From contig JBFJCP010000025.1 in the NCBI GenBank assembly GCA_041615815.1, positions 10,109 through 74,108 on the forward strand: a stretch of DNA of 64,000 bases. Reading direction: 5' to 3'. Positions 1-10,618 of the stretch are shown piece after piece. The notes below the pieces were generated by a model that was not told where the DNA came from, made no database searches, and saw nothing but the letters and a program-made list of their open reading frames with translations. The first letter of the stretch is position 1; every line of letters begins with the position of its first letter. A program made the position numbers and the translations under genes. This DNA comes from Gemmatimonadales bacterium (GTDB lineage Bacteria; Gemmatimonadota; Gemmatimonadetes; Gemmatimonadales; GWC2-71-9).

Positions 1-783
1 CTCGTACTCCTCACCGCTCACAAGGGCTTGGGCGGGCGTGTCCGCCGCTGGATGCACGGGAACGCGGTCCGCGTCGATGCTGCACCGTACACCGGACGCC
101 GCCGCCAGGTGTCCCGCGTCTCCCACGAGACCGTCGCTCACGTCGAGCATGGCCGTGGTGCCGCGCGCGCCGAGCCATTGCGCCTCACGGACCCGCGGGA
201 TCGGTCTCACGAACCGTTGGCGTGCTTGAGCGTCCGGCTCCCTCCCAGCGGTCCACGCCTCGAGCGCAGCCTGTGGTGCACCGAGAGCGCCGGTCACCCA
301 CAGGCCGTCACCCGGGCGGGCGCCCACGCGACGGATCGGACTATGCGCTCTCCCCACCACCACCACGTCGATGACGAGGCGCTCGGAACACACGAGATCA
401 CCACCCCAAAGCACCGCCCCCACCGCCGACGCGGCGTTCCCCACACCTTCCATCACGTCCGTGACGAACTCTTCCGGCCACTCGCCGGATACCCCGAGAC
501 TCGTGAGGACACCTGCTGGCTCGGCACCCATGGCCGCCAGGTCGGACAAGGCCGCCGCCGCCGCCCGCCACCCGATCTCGTGCGGCTGCATCCACCCCAC
601 GGAGAAGTGCACATCCTCGAGGGCCAAATCCGTCCCAATGGCCAGCAACGCGCCATCGATTTCTACGATCGCGCAGTCGTCGCCCGCAGACCGGACGCCG
701 TCCCCCAGCCGTTGCCAAATGCCCCGGATGCGGTCGAACTCGGCACCGGGACCTAGCGGGACGCTGAGCGGATGCTGGGACAT
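1..783 (-). CDS. thiL: Thiamine-monophosphate kinase (3' end runs off the window)
   Basis: Not in the ORF track because no stop lies in the window. Manual translation from ATG 783 gives MSQHPLSVPLGPGAEFDRIRG...GDDCA...DVHF...SDLAAMGAEP...GGDL...LDVSDGL...GEEYE, the ThiL motifs. Confidence 0.9.
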   Translation of the reverse strand, partial: MSQHPLSVPLGPGAEFDRIRGIWQRLGDGVRSAGDDCAIVEIDGALLAIGTDLALEDVHFSVGWMQPHEIGWRAAAAALSDLAAMGAEPAGVLTSLGVSGEWPEEFVTDVMEGVGNAASAVGAVLWGGDLVCSERLVIDVVVVGRAHSPIRRVGARPGDGLWVTGALGAPQAALEAWTAGREPDAQARQRFVRPIPRVREAQWLGARGTTAMLDVSDGLVGDAGHLAAASGVRCSIDADRVPVHPAADTPAQALVSGEEYE

Positions 784-816
784 GACTCTCGCATGGTCGA
801 TGGTCCTAGGTCTCTC

Positions 817-907
817 TGTGAGGAGCAGGGGCGGCAGCCGAATCAGCCGAAGAGGCCCTACCCCCTTCGTTCCTCACTTCGTCTCCTGCCGCTGCCGCCC
901 ATCCGCC
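817..907. repeat. Intergenic imperfect inverted repeat
   Basis: gtgaggagcagggg is complementary to cccttcgttcctcac, and gggcggcagc to gctgccgccc; lies between the nnr stop and the thiL start. Confidence 0.5.
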
Positions 908-2452
908 TTATTCCAAAGCGACTGCCGGCAGCGCGAGCAGCACTGGCGGCCGCACCGTCATGGGCTCCTCGAGCATCCGCCACCACGAAGGCAACGCGGC
1001 GAGCACGTCGGCGGGACGGGTCGAACGTACCCCGTGCTCGGCCGCCGCCAACTCGGCCCCGCGGCCGAGGGTGAGCGCCCCCAACGCCGCAGCGTCATGG
1101 GCTTCGACGCCGCGTGCCAAGTACGTCCCGATGAAACCACTCAACAGATCTCCGCTGCCACCGGTGGCGAGAGCCGGATTGCCGGCGGCGACCACCCAGC
1201 TGGGTTGGTTGCCGGTGACCGCCACCACGGTCGGAACCCCTTTGAGTAGCACCGTGGCGCCACCCTCCCGAGCGGCGCCCTGGGCCGCGGCGAACCGGTC
1301 CGCCGACAGCCCATCGGCGAGGCTCGGAAAGGCCGCCAAAAACTCGCCGGGGTGGGGCGTCAACACGCGCGGAGATTTCGCAGCGGTCGCGAGCGCCGGC
1401 CCGGCGTGCAACGCGTCCGCGTCCACCACCACGGGCTTGCGGATCTCAGAGAGCACGGTGCCAACGAGCGCCGTTCTCGCCTCACCCCGGCCGAGCCCTG
1501 GGCCGAGGATCACCGCGTCCGCCCATGCGATGGCCTCGACGAGCTCGCGCTCCAGCGGGGCGGCGAGGCGTGTGACCAATGTCAGCGCATCGGGCATCGA
1601 GGCCTGCGCGGCACGCACCGTGGACTCGGTCGCCGCGATGCGAACCAAACCCGCGCCCGCCGCGAAGGCAGCCGACGCGGCGTGGAGGGCCGCACCGGCC
1701 ATTCCTTCGTCTCCACCAACGATGAGCACTCTGCCGCGATCGCCTTTGTGCATGTTGGCCCGCATTCGGGGCAACACGCTGCGCGCAACGCCGTCGTGCA
1801 TCATCCTGGGCCACTCGGCCTGAGGCGCGGGGAACCCGATGTCCACCACGACCACCTCGCCGCACCAATCTCGGGCGAGCAGATGCCCGCGGCGGACACC
1901 ACCGAAGGTCACGGTCAGCACGGCGCGGCAGGGGCCGTGCATCGCGCCCGTGGAGAGATCCAAGCCGGTGGGTCCATCCACCGCCACGATCGGGGCGCGA
2001 TGCGCTGCCATCCGCGTGGCCAGGTCACCAATGGCTCCCCGAGGGGGGCCGGAGGCGCCGGTACCGAGCAACGCATCCAGCACCAGACCCGTGGCCGGCC
2101 ACGCGTCGCTGGGGTCGAGCAGCGCCACGCCGGCATCGAGCGCGAGGCGGCGGTTCGCCTCACAGTCCGGCGTGCGCTTGTGGTCCGCTTCCACCGCCCA
2201 CACGGACGCGCCGGCCGTCATGAGTGCGCGTGCTGCCACCCACCCATCCCCACCATTGTTGCCATGACCCGCTACCACGAGGACGCCGCGCTCCACGCCG
2301 TGCGGCAGTGCGCGGGCCAGCACGTCCGCTACGGCGCGCCCAGCCGATTCCATGAGCACCCGGCTGGGGATCTGGGCGTCGGTGCGTGCACGCTCGTCCC
2401 AGGCGGCGGCTTGGGCGGCATTGAGGACGGGGATAGGAGGCATGAGCGTCAT
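908..2452 (-). CDS. nnr: Bifunctional NAD(P)H-hydrate epimerase/dehydratase (YjeF)
   Basis: GNNGGDG, DALLGTG, HKGDRG, GPGLG, TPHPGE and ATGGSGDLLSG motifs. Confidence 0.93.
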   Translation of the reverse strand: MTLMPPIPVLNAAQAAAWDERARTDAQIPSRVLMESAGRAVADVLARALPHGVERGVLVVAGHGNNGGDGWVAARALMTAGASVWAVEADHKRTPDCEANRRLALDAGVALLDPSDAWPATGLVLDALLGTGASGPPRGAIGDLATRMAAHRAPIVAVDGPTGLDLSTGAMHGPCRAVLTVTFGGVRRGHLLARDWCGEVVVVDIGFPAPQAEWPRMMHDGVARSVLPRMRANMHKGDRGRVLIVGGDEGMAGAALHAASAAFAAGAGLVRIAATESTVRAAQASMPDALTLVTRLAAPLERELVEAIAWADAVILGPGLGRGEARTALVGTVLSEIRKPVVVDADALHAGPALATAAKSPRVLTPHPGEFLAAFPSLADGLSADRFAAAQGAAREGGATVLLKGVPTVVAVTGNQPSWVVAAGNPALATGGSGDLLSGFIGTYLARGVEAHDAAALGALTLGRGAELAAAEHGVRSTRPADVLAALPSWWRMLEEPMTVRPPVLLALPAVALE

Positions 2453-2513
2453 GGCACGCGGCGGGAAGGGGAGCCTACTGGCAAACTGGGTATGCGACGC
2501 GATTTCGGGACGG

Positions 2514-2598
2514 TAGGTGCTAGGCGCTAGGTGCGAGGGAAAGCCATCGACATTCGCCAGGACCCATCACGGATCTCGTGCCTAGCACCTAACCCCTA
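2514..2598. repeat. Heptamer-periodic inverted repeat (REP-like hairpin)
   Basis: Left arm taggtgc-taggcgc-taggtgc-gag; right arm ctc-gtgccta-gcaccta-accccta. Confidence 0.75.
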
Positions 2599-2607
2599 GT
2601 CCCTCTC

Positions 2608-2808
2608 TCACTTGAAACTCTGCCCGATGGCCCTCCCCAACGATATCTCGCCGTTGTCGATACGCAGATTGAATCCACAATCGGGGTTCGTACACGCCCA
2701 CGCTTTGTACCGGATCGGCGCCCCATCACGCCCGTAGTCGGACAATGGTACGAGCACGGCCGAGGTGCACTTCTGACACTTGGGCCAATGACTGTCGTCC
2801 ATGCTCAA
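2608..2808 (-). CDS. Small zinc-ribbon-like protein (66 aa)
   Basis: CxxC (CQKC) and CxxxxC (CTNPDC) pairs; strong RBS (gaagggagg) upstream. Confidence 0.7.
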   Translation of the reverse strand: MSMDDSHWPKCQKCTSAVLVPLSDYGRDGAPIRYKAWACTNPDCGFNLRIDNGEISLGRAIGQSFK

Positions 2809-2859
2809 GCCTCCCTTCCCCTGAGCTGAGCCATGTTGTTGTCTGCGAGGGATGCGGTG

Positions 2860-3249
2860 TCAGCCCGTCCGCGCCACCCCCGCCCACGGATAATTGCCTT
2901 CGAAAACCTCTTCGAAGTCGAACACCGCGTTGAAGTCTTCGATCCGGTCGGACGAGTTTCTGATCAGCAGGCCTACGTCGATCAGCGTAAAGACGATGCG
3001 GCCGATGTCCGCAGTGGACTCGACGCCCCAATGGGAGAGCACGGTTCGCGCAGTGAGCCCGAATTGGTCGAGCGCGAAGTCCCGACACGCCTGCGCCAAT
3101 TCCGGCCCCGAGATGTGGCCGCGCGTCTTGCGGCGGCGCTGACAATACTCCAACGCCGCCAGGACGAACAGGTAGCCCCGCTCGTGAAAGCGCCCGTCGT
3201 GCGCGCGGATGCGCTGCATGATCTCGTCTGCGAGTCGCAGTTCTAGCAC
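2860..3249 (-). CDS. Conserved hypothetical protein, Minf_1886 (TIGR04138)-like
   Basis: YLFVLAALEY...HISGPEL...FGLTARTVLSHWGV.ST.DIG.IVF.LI...D..EDF..VFDF pattern. GTG start at 3249 is inferred; the ORF track extends to 3327. Confidence 0.75.
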   Translation of the reverse strand: MLELRLADEIMQRIRAHDGRFHERGYLFVLAALEYCQRRRKTRGHISGPELAQACRDFALDQFGLTARTVLSHWGVESTADIGRIVFTLIDVGLLIRNSSDRIEDFNAVFDFEEVFEGNYPWAGVARTG

Positions 3250-3295
3250 GTCCAAAAAGTGGAGGCCGGGGTCGGAGGGAGCAAGGGGGAGGGTC

Positions 3296-4567
3296 CTACC
3301 GTGCCGTCGTGGGGGTCGCCCCCACATACAAGGGGAAGCCCGCCGTCAGCTCGCGCACCTCGTCCAGGACGCGGCGGGAGGGCTCGCCGTCCGCCTCCTG
3401 CAGCACGGCATCGATGAGACCCGCCACCCGGCGCATCTCGTCCTCTTTCATGCCTCGAGTCGTGAGGGCGGGCGTGCCGATCCGAATGCCACTGGTGACG
3501 AAGGGCGATCGCGGGTCCCCGGGAACGGTGTTCTTGTTGACATGAATCCCGGCCCGATCCAACGCCGCTTCGGCTACCTTGCCCGTCCATGGCGTGTTTC
3601 GGAGGTCGACCAAGACCAGGTGGGTATCCGTCCCGCCGGACACGAGGTCGTACCCCCGTTCCATGAGCCCTTCCCCCAGCGCCACCGCGTTCCGGACGAC
3701 TTGGGCGGCATAGTCCGCAAACGACGGTTGGAGGGCTTCCCCGAACCCCACGGCCTTTGCGGCAATCGCATGCTCCAGCGGTCCCCCCTGCGTCCCTGGG
3801 AACACCTGTTTGTCGATCGCCTTGGCACGGTCCGCTACGCAGAGGATCAAACCTCCTCGCGGACCACGAAGGGTCTTATGCGTGGTGCTGGTGACGATGT
3901 CCGCATGCGGCACCGGCGAGGGGTGAACGCCACCCGCCACGAGTCCGGCAATGTGCACCATGTCGACGAGGAACGTGGCGCCCACCTCTCGCGCGATCTC
4001 GGCAAAGCCGGCAAAGTCGATGATGCGGGGATAGGCGCTCGCCCCGGCGATGATCATGCGAGGACGCTCAGCGAGCGCGACGTCCCGGACCCGATCCAGC
4101 TCGATGAGCCCGGTGGTCTCATTCACGCGGTACTGCACGGCGCGGAACAACCGGCCGCTCGCATTCACCGGCGAGCCGTGCGTGAGGTGGCCGCCATGCT
4201 GCAGCTCGAGACCCATCAGCGTGTCGCCCGGGGCCAAGACGGCCAGGTAGGCGGCGAAGTTGGCCTGCGCGCCGCTGTGGGGCTGGACGTTGGCGTGCTC
4301 CGCCCCGAACAATTCCTTTGCGCGACGGATGGCGAGGCGCTCCACCTCGTCGACCACCTCACATCCGCCGTAGTACCGGCGCCCGGGATACCCTTCGGCG
4401 TATTTGTTGGTGAGCTCCGACCCCGTCGCTTCGATGACCGCGCGGGATGCGAAGTTCTCGCTGGCGATCATCTCGAGCCCCTCTTCCTGCCGCGCGATCT
4501 CCCGTTGAATCAGCGCATGCACCGCTGGATCCGTATCTTCGAGACGTCGAGTGATATCGGGTCCCAC
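3296..4567 (-). CDS. glyA: Serine hydroxymethyltransferase
   Basis: [24 protein letters not shown] Lys in [15 protein letters not shown] 4567 follows gggagg. Confidence 0.97.
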   Translation of the reverse strand: MGPDITRRLEDTDPAVHALIQREIARQEEGLEMIASENFASRAVIEATGSELTNKYAEGYPGRRYYGGCEVVDEVERLAIRRAKELFGAEHANVQPHSGAQANFAAYLAVLAPGDTLMGLELQHGGHLTHGSPVNASGRLFRAVQYRVNETTGLIELDRVRDVALAERPRMIIAGASAYPRIIDFAGFAEIAREVGATFLVDMVHIAGLVAGGVHPSPVPHADIVTSTTHKTLRGPRGGLILCVADRAKAIDKQVFPGTQGGPLEHAIAAKAVGFGEALQPSFADYAAQVVRNAVALGEGLMERGYDLVSGGTDTHLVLVDLRNTPWTGKVAEAALDRAGIHVNKNTVPGDPRSPFVTSGIRIGTPALTTRGMKEDEMRRVAGLIDAVLQEADGEPSRRVLDEVRELTAGFPLYVGATPTTAR

Positions 4568-4584
4568 GCCACGTTCCTCCCGTT

Positions 4585-5736
4585 TCAAACGGCGGCTGCC
4601 TTTTCTTGTGCTTTCATGGTCGCCGCGTCGATGATCCTCCGCTCGGCGAGCCGGTCTGCGGCCCGATAGGACGGAATGCCCTCGTCCCGGGCCAGCTCGA
4701 GCAAGTTCAGGATAGTGTCGTGGATTTCGGAAGCTTTTTGCCGCGACCGCTCGAGGTCCCAGCCTTCCACCTCGGCATTCACGTTGATGAGGCCACCGCT
4801 GTTGATGACGTAATCGGGTGCGTAGACGATACCTCGCTCGCTGAGCATGTCACCGTGACGCTCTTCGTCCAGCTGGTTGTTGGCCGCGCCGGCGACAATG
4901 GTCACGGTGAGCAGGTTGACCGTTTTGTCGTTGATCACCGCGCCCAAGGCACATGGGGCAAAGATGTCGGCATCCACACGATAGATCTCGTCGGCAGCCA
5001 CGACGGTGGCCCCGAACTCGTCCACCACCCGTTGCACGCGTCGCTCATCGATATCCGTAACGATGAGCGTGGCGCCCTCGGCAGCGAGATGCTTGCAGAG
5101 GTAGTACCCGACGTTGCCGACACCCTGAACGCTCACCGTCTTACCGGCCAACGAATCCGCGCCATAGACGAATTTGGCGCAGGCCTGCATCCCGCGGTAC
5201 ACACCGAACGCGGTCACCGGCGAAGGATCGCCCGAACGGCCCGCCAGCCCCACCACATGTCTCGTCTCCATCCGAATGTAGTCCATGTCGGTGATGTTCG
5301 TGCCGACATCCTCTGCGGTGATGTAGCGTCCAGCGAGGTACTCCACGTGACGGCCGTGGGCTCGAAAGATCGGCTCCCGGTTCTGGGTCCTGTTGTCGCC
5401 GATGATGACACTCTTACCGCCACCGAGGTTCAGCCCCGCGACGGCCGCTTTGTACGTCATACCGCGGGAGAGACGCAGCACATCTTCCAGCGCTTCCGCA
5501 TCATTCTCATAGTTCCAGAACCGGGTACCCCCCAGCGCAGGCCCCAGCGTAGTGTTATGAATGGCGATGATCCCCCGATACCCGGACGCCGGATCGGTCG
5601 CGAAGCTCACTTGCTCGTGGTAGTGCTCCCCGATGAGGTGGAAGAGGCCGTCGTCCAGTGACTCGGGCGTTTCCGGCTTACTCGGGGTGGAGCCCCCGTG
5701 CAATAACGATTCGCTGGATTTCAGATGTGCCTTCAT
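4585..5736 (-). CDS. Leucine dehydrogenase (Glu/Leu/Phe/Val dehydrogenase family)
   Basis: [43 protein letters not shown]; start uncertain. Confidence 0.9.
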   Translation of the reverse strand: MKAHLKSSESLLHGGSTPSKPETPESLDDGLFHLIGEHYHEQVSFATDPASGYRGIIAIHNTTLGPALGGTRFWNYENDAEALEDVLRLSRGMTYKAAVAGLNLGGGKSVIIGDNRTQNREPIFRAHGRHVEYLAGRYITAEDVGTNITDMDYIRMETRHVVGLAGRSGDPSPVTAFGVYRGMQACAKFVYGADSLAGKTVSVQGVGNVGYYLCKHLAAEGATLIVTDIDERRVQRVVDEFGATVVAADEIYRVDADIFAPCALGAVINDKTVNLLTVTIVAGAANNQLDEERHGDMLSERGIVYAPDYVINSGGLINVNAEVEGWDLERSRQKASEIHDTILNLLELARDEGIPSYRAADRLAERRIIDAATMKAQEKAAAV

Positions 5737-6844
5737 AGATCTCGGTTACCTTTGCGTCACGGAGGAGGCGCTCGACCGGGTAGTCTCGCATGTAGCCGTA
5801 CCCACCAAAGACCTGCACCGCCTGCGTGGTGATCCAGACCGCGGCTTCTGACGCGTACAGTTTGGCCATACTGGCGAGCGTCTTGACGGGTTCGCCACGA
5901 TCCTTGGTTCGGGCGGCCTCGTGCAGAAGCGCGCGAGCCGCCGTGAGACGTGTCGCCATATCGGCAAGCTTGAACTGAATGCCCTGGAACTCCTTGATCG
6001 GTTTTTCGAACTGTCGTCTTTCCTGTGCATACCGCACCGCATGTTCGAAGGCCGTGCGCGCGATCCCGATGGCTTGCGCAGCCACGCCCATGCGCCCCTG
6101 ATCCAACGCCGCCATCGCGTAGACGAACCCCATACCCGCCTCTCCGAGGCGACACTCGTCGGACAAGCGGACATCCCGAAACGTGACTGTGGTGGTACGC
6201 GACGAGCGAAGCCCCATCTTGTCTTCCGGTTTGCCCGGCTCGACCCCCGGAGTTTCCCGCGGCACCAAGAATGCGGTGATGCCGCGCGTGCCCTTCCGCG
6301 CCTCGGGCAAATCGGTTCTGAGGATCGCGACGAGGAGATCGGCGGTATCGCCGTTGGTGACCCACGCCTTGGTCCCGCTCAGGACCCAATCGTCGCCGTC
6401 CCGCACCGCTTCGGCGCGCAGCGCCCCGGCGTCGGAACCGCTGTCCGCCTCCGAGAGCGAGAACGCCGCCAGGACCTCACCGCGGGCCATCGCCTTGAGC
6501 CAGCGCTCCTTTTGCGCATCGGTACCATGCCGAAGCAGCATCGTCGCCGGAAGCGAGTTGTGGACGGACAGCGAAATCGCCACCGATGCGTCGGCCGCGG
6601 CGATCTCCTCGATCACCATGAGGTAAGTCAACGCGTCGAGCCCCAGCCCGTCGTACTCCTCGGGAATCAGCATGCCGTAGAATCCGAGTTCGCCGAGCTT
6701 GGACATCACGGCGTGCGGATACTCCTTCGTGCGATCCCACTCCGCGGCGTGCGGCGCGATCTCCTGCTGCGCAAACTCCCGCGCCACCGCCACGACTTCG
6801 CGGCGATACTCGCCCACGTCGTGCAACACTTCAGTGGTAGTCAT
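5678..6844 (-). CDS. Acyl-CoA dehydrogenase (short/branched-chain type)
   Basis: [44 protein letters not shown] 6844 overlaps the end of the hbd gene. Confidence 0.93.
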   Translation of the reverse strand: MTTTEVLHDVGEYRREVVAVAREFAQQEIAPHAAEWDRTKEYPHAVMSKLGELGFYGMLIPEEYDGLGLDALTYLMVIEEIAAADASVAISLSVHNSLPATMLLRHGTDAQKERWLKAMARGEVLAAFSLSEADSGSDAGALRAEAVRDGDDWVLSGTKAWVTNGDTADLLVAILRTDLPEARKGTRGITAFLVPRETPGVEPGKPEDKMGLRSSRTTTVTFRDVRLSDECRLGEAGMGFVYAMAALDQGRMGVAAQAIGIARTAFEHAVRYAQERRQFEKPIKEFQGIQFKLADMATRLTAARALLHEAARTKDRGEPVKTLASMAKLYASEAAVWITTQAVQVFGGYGYMRDYPVERLLRDAKVTEIYEGTSEIQRIVIARGLHPE

Positions 6845-7676
6845 AGAACCCGCGGCCGGCCTTTCGCCCCAGTCTGCCGGCTGCCACCATCTTGCGCAGC
6901 AACGGGCACGGCCGGTATTTGGCGTCGCCCAGCCCCTGGTGCAGGACTTCCATGATCGAAAGGCATACGTCCAACCCAATGAGATCCGCCAGCGCCAACG
7001 GTCCCATGGGATGATTCATCCCTAGCTTCATGACCGTGTCCACGGCCTCTGGCGTGGCCACACCTTCCATGACGCAGTACACGGCCTCGTTGATCATCGG
7101 CATCAGGACCCGGTTCGACACGAAGCCGGGATAGTCGTTCACCTCGACCGGGGTCTTTCCGAGTGCGGTGGCCATCTCCATGACGCAGTGCGTCGTGTCG
7201 TCTGACGTTCCGAGTCCACGAATCACCTCCACCAGCTGCATGACCGGCACCGGGTTCATGAAGTGCATGCCAATCACGCGCTCGGGCCGGCCCGTACACG
7301 CGGCAATCTCCGTGATCGAGATCGACGAGGTGTTGCTGGCCAGGATAGCTCCGGTACGTGCCACGCGGTCCAGCTGCTCGAACAGTCGGAACTTGACCTC
7401 CTTGGCTTCCGTGGCCGCCTCAATGACGATCTCGGACTCCGCGGACCCCACCAGATCCGTCGCGGTGGCGATCCGGCCCAACGCCGCCTCGCGATCCGCT
7501 TCCGTGAGAACACCCTTCTTGACCTGCCGCGCCATGTTCTTGCCGATGGTGTCCACTGCCGCGTGCAGCGCGTCACGCTCCACGTCGATCAGGGCCACCT
7601 GCCAGCCCGCTTGGGCAAAGACATGGGCGATCCCGTTCCCCATCGTTCCCGCGCCCACCACCGCCATCTGTTTCAC
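6831..7676 (-). CDS. hbd: 3-hydroxybutyryl-CoA dehydrogenase
   Basis: [40 protein letters not shown]. Confidence 0.92.
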   Translation of the reverse strand: MKQMAVVGAGTMGNGIAHVFAQAGWQVALIDVERDALHAAVDTIGKNMARQVKKGVLTEADREAALGRIATATDLVGSAESEIVIEAATEAKEVKFRLFEQLDRVARTGAILASNTSSISITEIAACTGRPERVIGMHFMNPVPVMQLVEVIRGLGTSDDTTHCVMEMATALGKTPVEVNDYPGFVSNRVLMPMINEAVYCVMEGVATPEAVDTVMKLGMNHPMGPLALADLIGLDVCLSIMEVLHQGLGDAKYRPCPLLRKMVAAGRLGRKAGRGFYDYH

Positions 7677-8545
7677 GTTGCGCCACTCTCCTCAGCCGGG
7701 GTACCGTCGGTCGCCGCGACGTCGGGAGCCGTATGTCGCACCAGCCCCACCAACGCGAGTGCCATGACCACGGTGGCCACAAGCCCACCTTCGGGACCAA
7801 ATGACCCACCCGTGAGCCAGCCGGGTCCACCGGCCGTGAAGTCGAGGAGTGGCAGACCAAACGGAATTCCACTCACCGGCGCATCCGCTCCCAGGCTCAG
7901 CCCACCATTCCAACCGAAGTGCACGCCCCATGCCAGGGGTAACCCACCCGTCGTGAAGAACGCGGCACTAAGGACGAGTGCGGCCAATCCGATATTCGCG
8001 AGACCCAAGACACTGGTGGCTGGATTCGCCACGTGCATGCCCACGAACACCACGGCCAGCGCCAGGCTCGCCGGTACCCGACCCACACCTTGGGCGAGCC
8101 GTGCCAGCGGGTATCCGCGAAACAGCAGCTCTTCGCCGAGCGCCGCCACCAATAGCACCAGCGCGAGCCCAACGGCTGCGGAGGCGTACGAGCCGATCCC
8201 CCCGTCGAGCACGACGATGCGGGCGCCGCCGGCGACGACTGCCAGGGTGAGAGCGCCAAACGCCATCGCCACCCCCACAGCCGTGCCGGCTGCGAAGCAC
8301 CGCACCGTTTGGCCCCTCCCCCGCCACCCCAAGGCGGCCGACGGATAGCCCCGCCACTTGACGAGCGCCGCATTCACGGCGAGAGCCCCCAGCACCGTCG
8401 GCAGCCACGAAACGCCGATCCCAGCCGTGCCGCGCATCCACGGCGCCGGTATCAGGCGAAAGAGGCTGAGCGCGACGAGAAAGACCGCGAGGTAGAACCC
8501 CACGACGGCCGTGCCCGCCCTGACGAGATCTTTCACCCGCCCCAA
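7673..8545 (-). CDS. CPBP (CAAX/Abi) family intramembrane metalloprotease
   Basis: EELLFRG, FxxxH (FVGMH) and HxxxN (HFGWN) motifs; multiple TM segments. Confidence 0.85.
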   Translation of the reverse strand: MGRVKDLVRAGTAVVGFYLAVFLVALSLFRLIPAPWMRGTAGIGVSWLPTVLGALAVNAALVKWRGYPSAALGWRGRGQTVRCFAAGTAVGVAMAFGALTLAVVAGGARIVVLDGGIGSYASAAVGLALVLLVAALGEELLFRGYPLARLAQGVGRVPASLALAVVFVGMHVANPATSVLGLANIGLAALVLSAAFFTTGGLPLAWGVHFGWNGGLSLGADAPVSGIPFGLPLLDFTAGGPGWLTGGSFGPEGGLVATVVMALALVGLVRHTAPDVAATDGTPAEESGAT

Positions 8546-8561
8546 AACAACACGCGCGCTC

Positions 8562-9131
8562 TCAGAGGAGCGCGCGTGTCTTCGTGGCGAAGCGCTGGAC
8601 GATGAGCCCAGCGAGCAGGACCTTGACGACGTCCCCGAGCAGAAACGGCACCGAGCCCAGTTTCACTGCCGTAGACACATCACCACCGAGCGCGGCGAGT
8701 TGCGCCACGCCACCGGCGTGGATCACGAGCACCCCGAGCACCAGGCTAGTCAGGATGCGCAACCAGGACCGCGTATCACGGATCAACACACCGACGAGCG
8801 CCGCCGCCATCGGGTATGCCAGGAGGTAGCCACCGGTTGGGCCGAGCAGCCGCGCCAGCCCAGGTGCCCCAATGGGGGCGAACACCGGGAGTCCAACGGC
8901 GCCGAGCCCGAGGTACACGACCATGCTGGCCGCCCCGAGACGCGGGCCGAGCAGCGCACCCACCACGAGCACGGCGGGCACCTGGAAGGTGATGGGGACC
9001 GGGGTACCGGGAAGCGGTACGGCCATCTGCGCGCCGAGAGCGACGAGGATCGCTCCCGCGAGGATGGCGAGCGACCGCCGCACCACGGTGGACGGCGTCA
9101 TGGACAGCTGAGTAACCCGAACGTCGTTCAT
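8562..9131 (-). CDS. bioY: Biotin transporter S-component BioY
   Basis: PVPITFQ, GLPVFA, GPTGGYL, FLLGDVVK; ATG 9131 overlaps the thiolase stop. Confidence 0.9.
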   Translation of the reverse strand: MNDVRVTQLSMTPSTVVRRSLAILAGAILVALGAQMAVPLPGTPVPITFQVPAVLVVGALLGPRLGAASMVVYLGLGAVGLPVFAPIGAPGLARLLGPTGGYLLAYPMAAALVGVLIRDTRSWLRILTSLVLGVLVIHAGGVAQLAALGGDVSTAVKLGSVPFLLGDVVKVLLAGLIVQRFATKTRALL

Positions 9132-10324
9132 CAGGCTCGCTCCACGCTGAGGGCAACCGCGTTGCCACCACCGAGACAGAGTGTGGCGAGGCCAGTGGCG
9201 GCGTCGCGGTCCTGCATGGCATACAACAAGGTCGTCAACACGCGGGCGCCGCTCGCGCCAATGGGATGTCCCAGCGCGATGGCCCCTCCGTTCACGTTGA
9301 CGCGATCCCAATCCCATCCCAGGGCTCGGCCGTCCGCCAGCGTCTGGACGGCAAACGCCTCGTTGACCTCGATGAGATCGAAGTCTCCCACGGTCGTCTT
9401 GGTCTTGGTCATCAGGTTCTTGACGGCCTGGATGGGCGCGAAGAACAGGTCCTTGGGCTCGCCCCCGCCCGTGGCATATCCCGTGATGCGTGCCACCACG
9501 CGGAGACCGTGGGCCGCGGCAAACGCCTCCGAAGTCACGACCAGCGCGCTGGCCCCATCGTTCAGCCCCGGCGCATTCCCGGCCGTAACCGTCCCATTCT
9601 TCTGAAACGCGGGACGCAACTTTGCGAGCGCGTCGAGCGAGGTGTCCTTTCTGGGCCCCTCGTCCTTCTCGATGACCGTCGTCGTGCCTTTGCGACCGGG
9701 GACCTCCACGGGCACGATCTCCGCGGAGAACTTGCAGTTCTCGATTGCCGCCACCGCCTTCTGATGGCTCTCGAGGGCGAAGCGATCCTGATCCTCTCGT
9801 GAGACGCCGGCCTTCTCCGCCGTGTACTCGGCGTAGCTCCCCATCACCGAATCGCCGAACGAGCACCAGAGCCCGTCAAACTGGAGTCCGTCCACCAACG
9901 TCTGGTTCCCGTATTTGATACCGCTCCGCATCCCGAAGACGTAGTGGGGTGCGTTCGACATGGACTCCATCCCACCGGCCACGAGACATTGGGCATCGCC
10001 GGCTCGGATCGCTTGCGCCGAGAGCATCACAGCCTTGAGCCCCGAACCGCACACCTTATTGACACTGAGCGCCGGTACCTCGCCGGGAATCCCTCCCCGG
10101 ATAGCCGCTTGGCGGGCCGGCGCCTGGCCTACTCCACCCTGGAGCACGATCCCCATGATGACTTCGTCGACCGCCGCCGCATCCACCTCGGCCCGAGCCA
10201 CCACCTCGCGAATGGCAATCGCCCCCAGCTCCGTCGCCCGGACGGGACTCAACCCGCCGAGGTACCGGCCCACGGGCGTGCGTGTGGCACTGACGATGAC
10301 TGGCGTCTGTTCCTTGTTCGACAC
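9131..10324 (-). CDS. Acetyl-CoA C-acetyltransferase (thiolase)
   Basis: NKVCGSG, NEAFA, GHPIGASG, LCLGGG; GTG 10324 follows gaagga. Confidence 0.95.
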   Translation of the reverse strand: MSNKEQTPVIVSATRTPVGRYLGGLSPVRATELGAIAIREVVARAEVDAAAVDEVIMGIVLQGGVGQAPARQAAIRGGIPGEVPALSVNKVCGSGLKAVMLSAQAIRAGDAQCLVAGGMESMSNAPHYVFGMRSGIKYGNQTLVDGLQFDGLWCSFGDSVMGSYAEYTAEKAGVSREDQDRFALESHQKAVAAIENCKFSAEIVPVEVPGRKGTTTVIEKDEGPRKDTSLDALAKLRPAFQKNGTVTAGNAPGLNDGASALVVTSEAFAAAHGLRVVARITGYATGGGEPKDLFFAPIQAVKNLMTKTKTTVGDFDLIEVNEAFAVQTLADGRALGWDWDRVNVNGGAIALGHPIGASGARVLTTLLYAMQDRDAATGLATLCLGGGNAVALSVERA

Positions 10325-10505
10325 GGAATATCCTTCACTGAACGTTCGGAGGGTTCGGTCGGCCGGCTTCACTCAGGCCGCCGGAACCGGCCCAACATCA
10401 GAACCAGGAACGGCTTGGCAGTTGTTCCCGGACGCGGCGCATCTTGCCGCCCGCGCTGAACTTAACGGTGGCGTGATGCGGCCTCAAGCGCAAAGGTCAC
10501 ATAAC

Positions 10506-10532
10506 CTTCTCCTGCCTCCCCTGCCTCTCCTG
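10506..10532. repeat. Three imperfect 9-mer tandem units
   Basis: cttctcctg-cctcccctg-cctctcctg in the thrS-thiolase intergenic region. Confidence 0.5.
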
Positions 10533-10618
10533 TGCCCCAGAGCCTGCCCTGGCCTCGTGCTCCGTCTCTCATGGCGGCGGCGGCGGCACGAGCGATCCCC
10601 TGACGCAGGAAAGATCCC

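Noticed and set aside
28..756. Long ORFs antisense to real genes (e.g. 28..756 +, 3209..4669 +, 14252..15964 -, 34102..36126 -, 52832..54685 +)
   Set aside because: These are shadow ORFs typical of high-GC DNA; the opposite strand carries recognisable conserved proteins.
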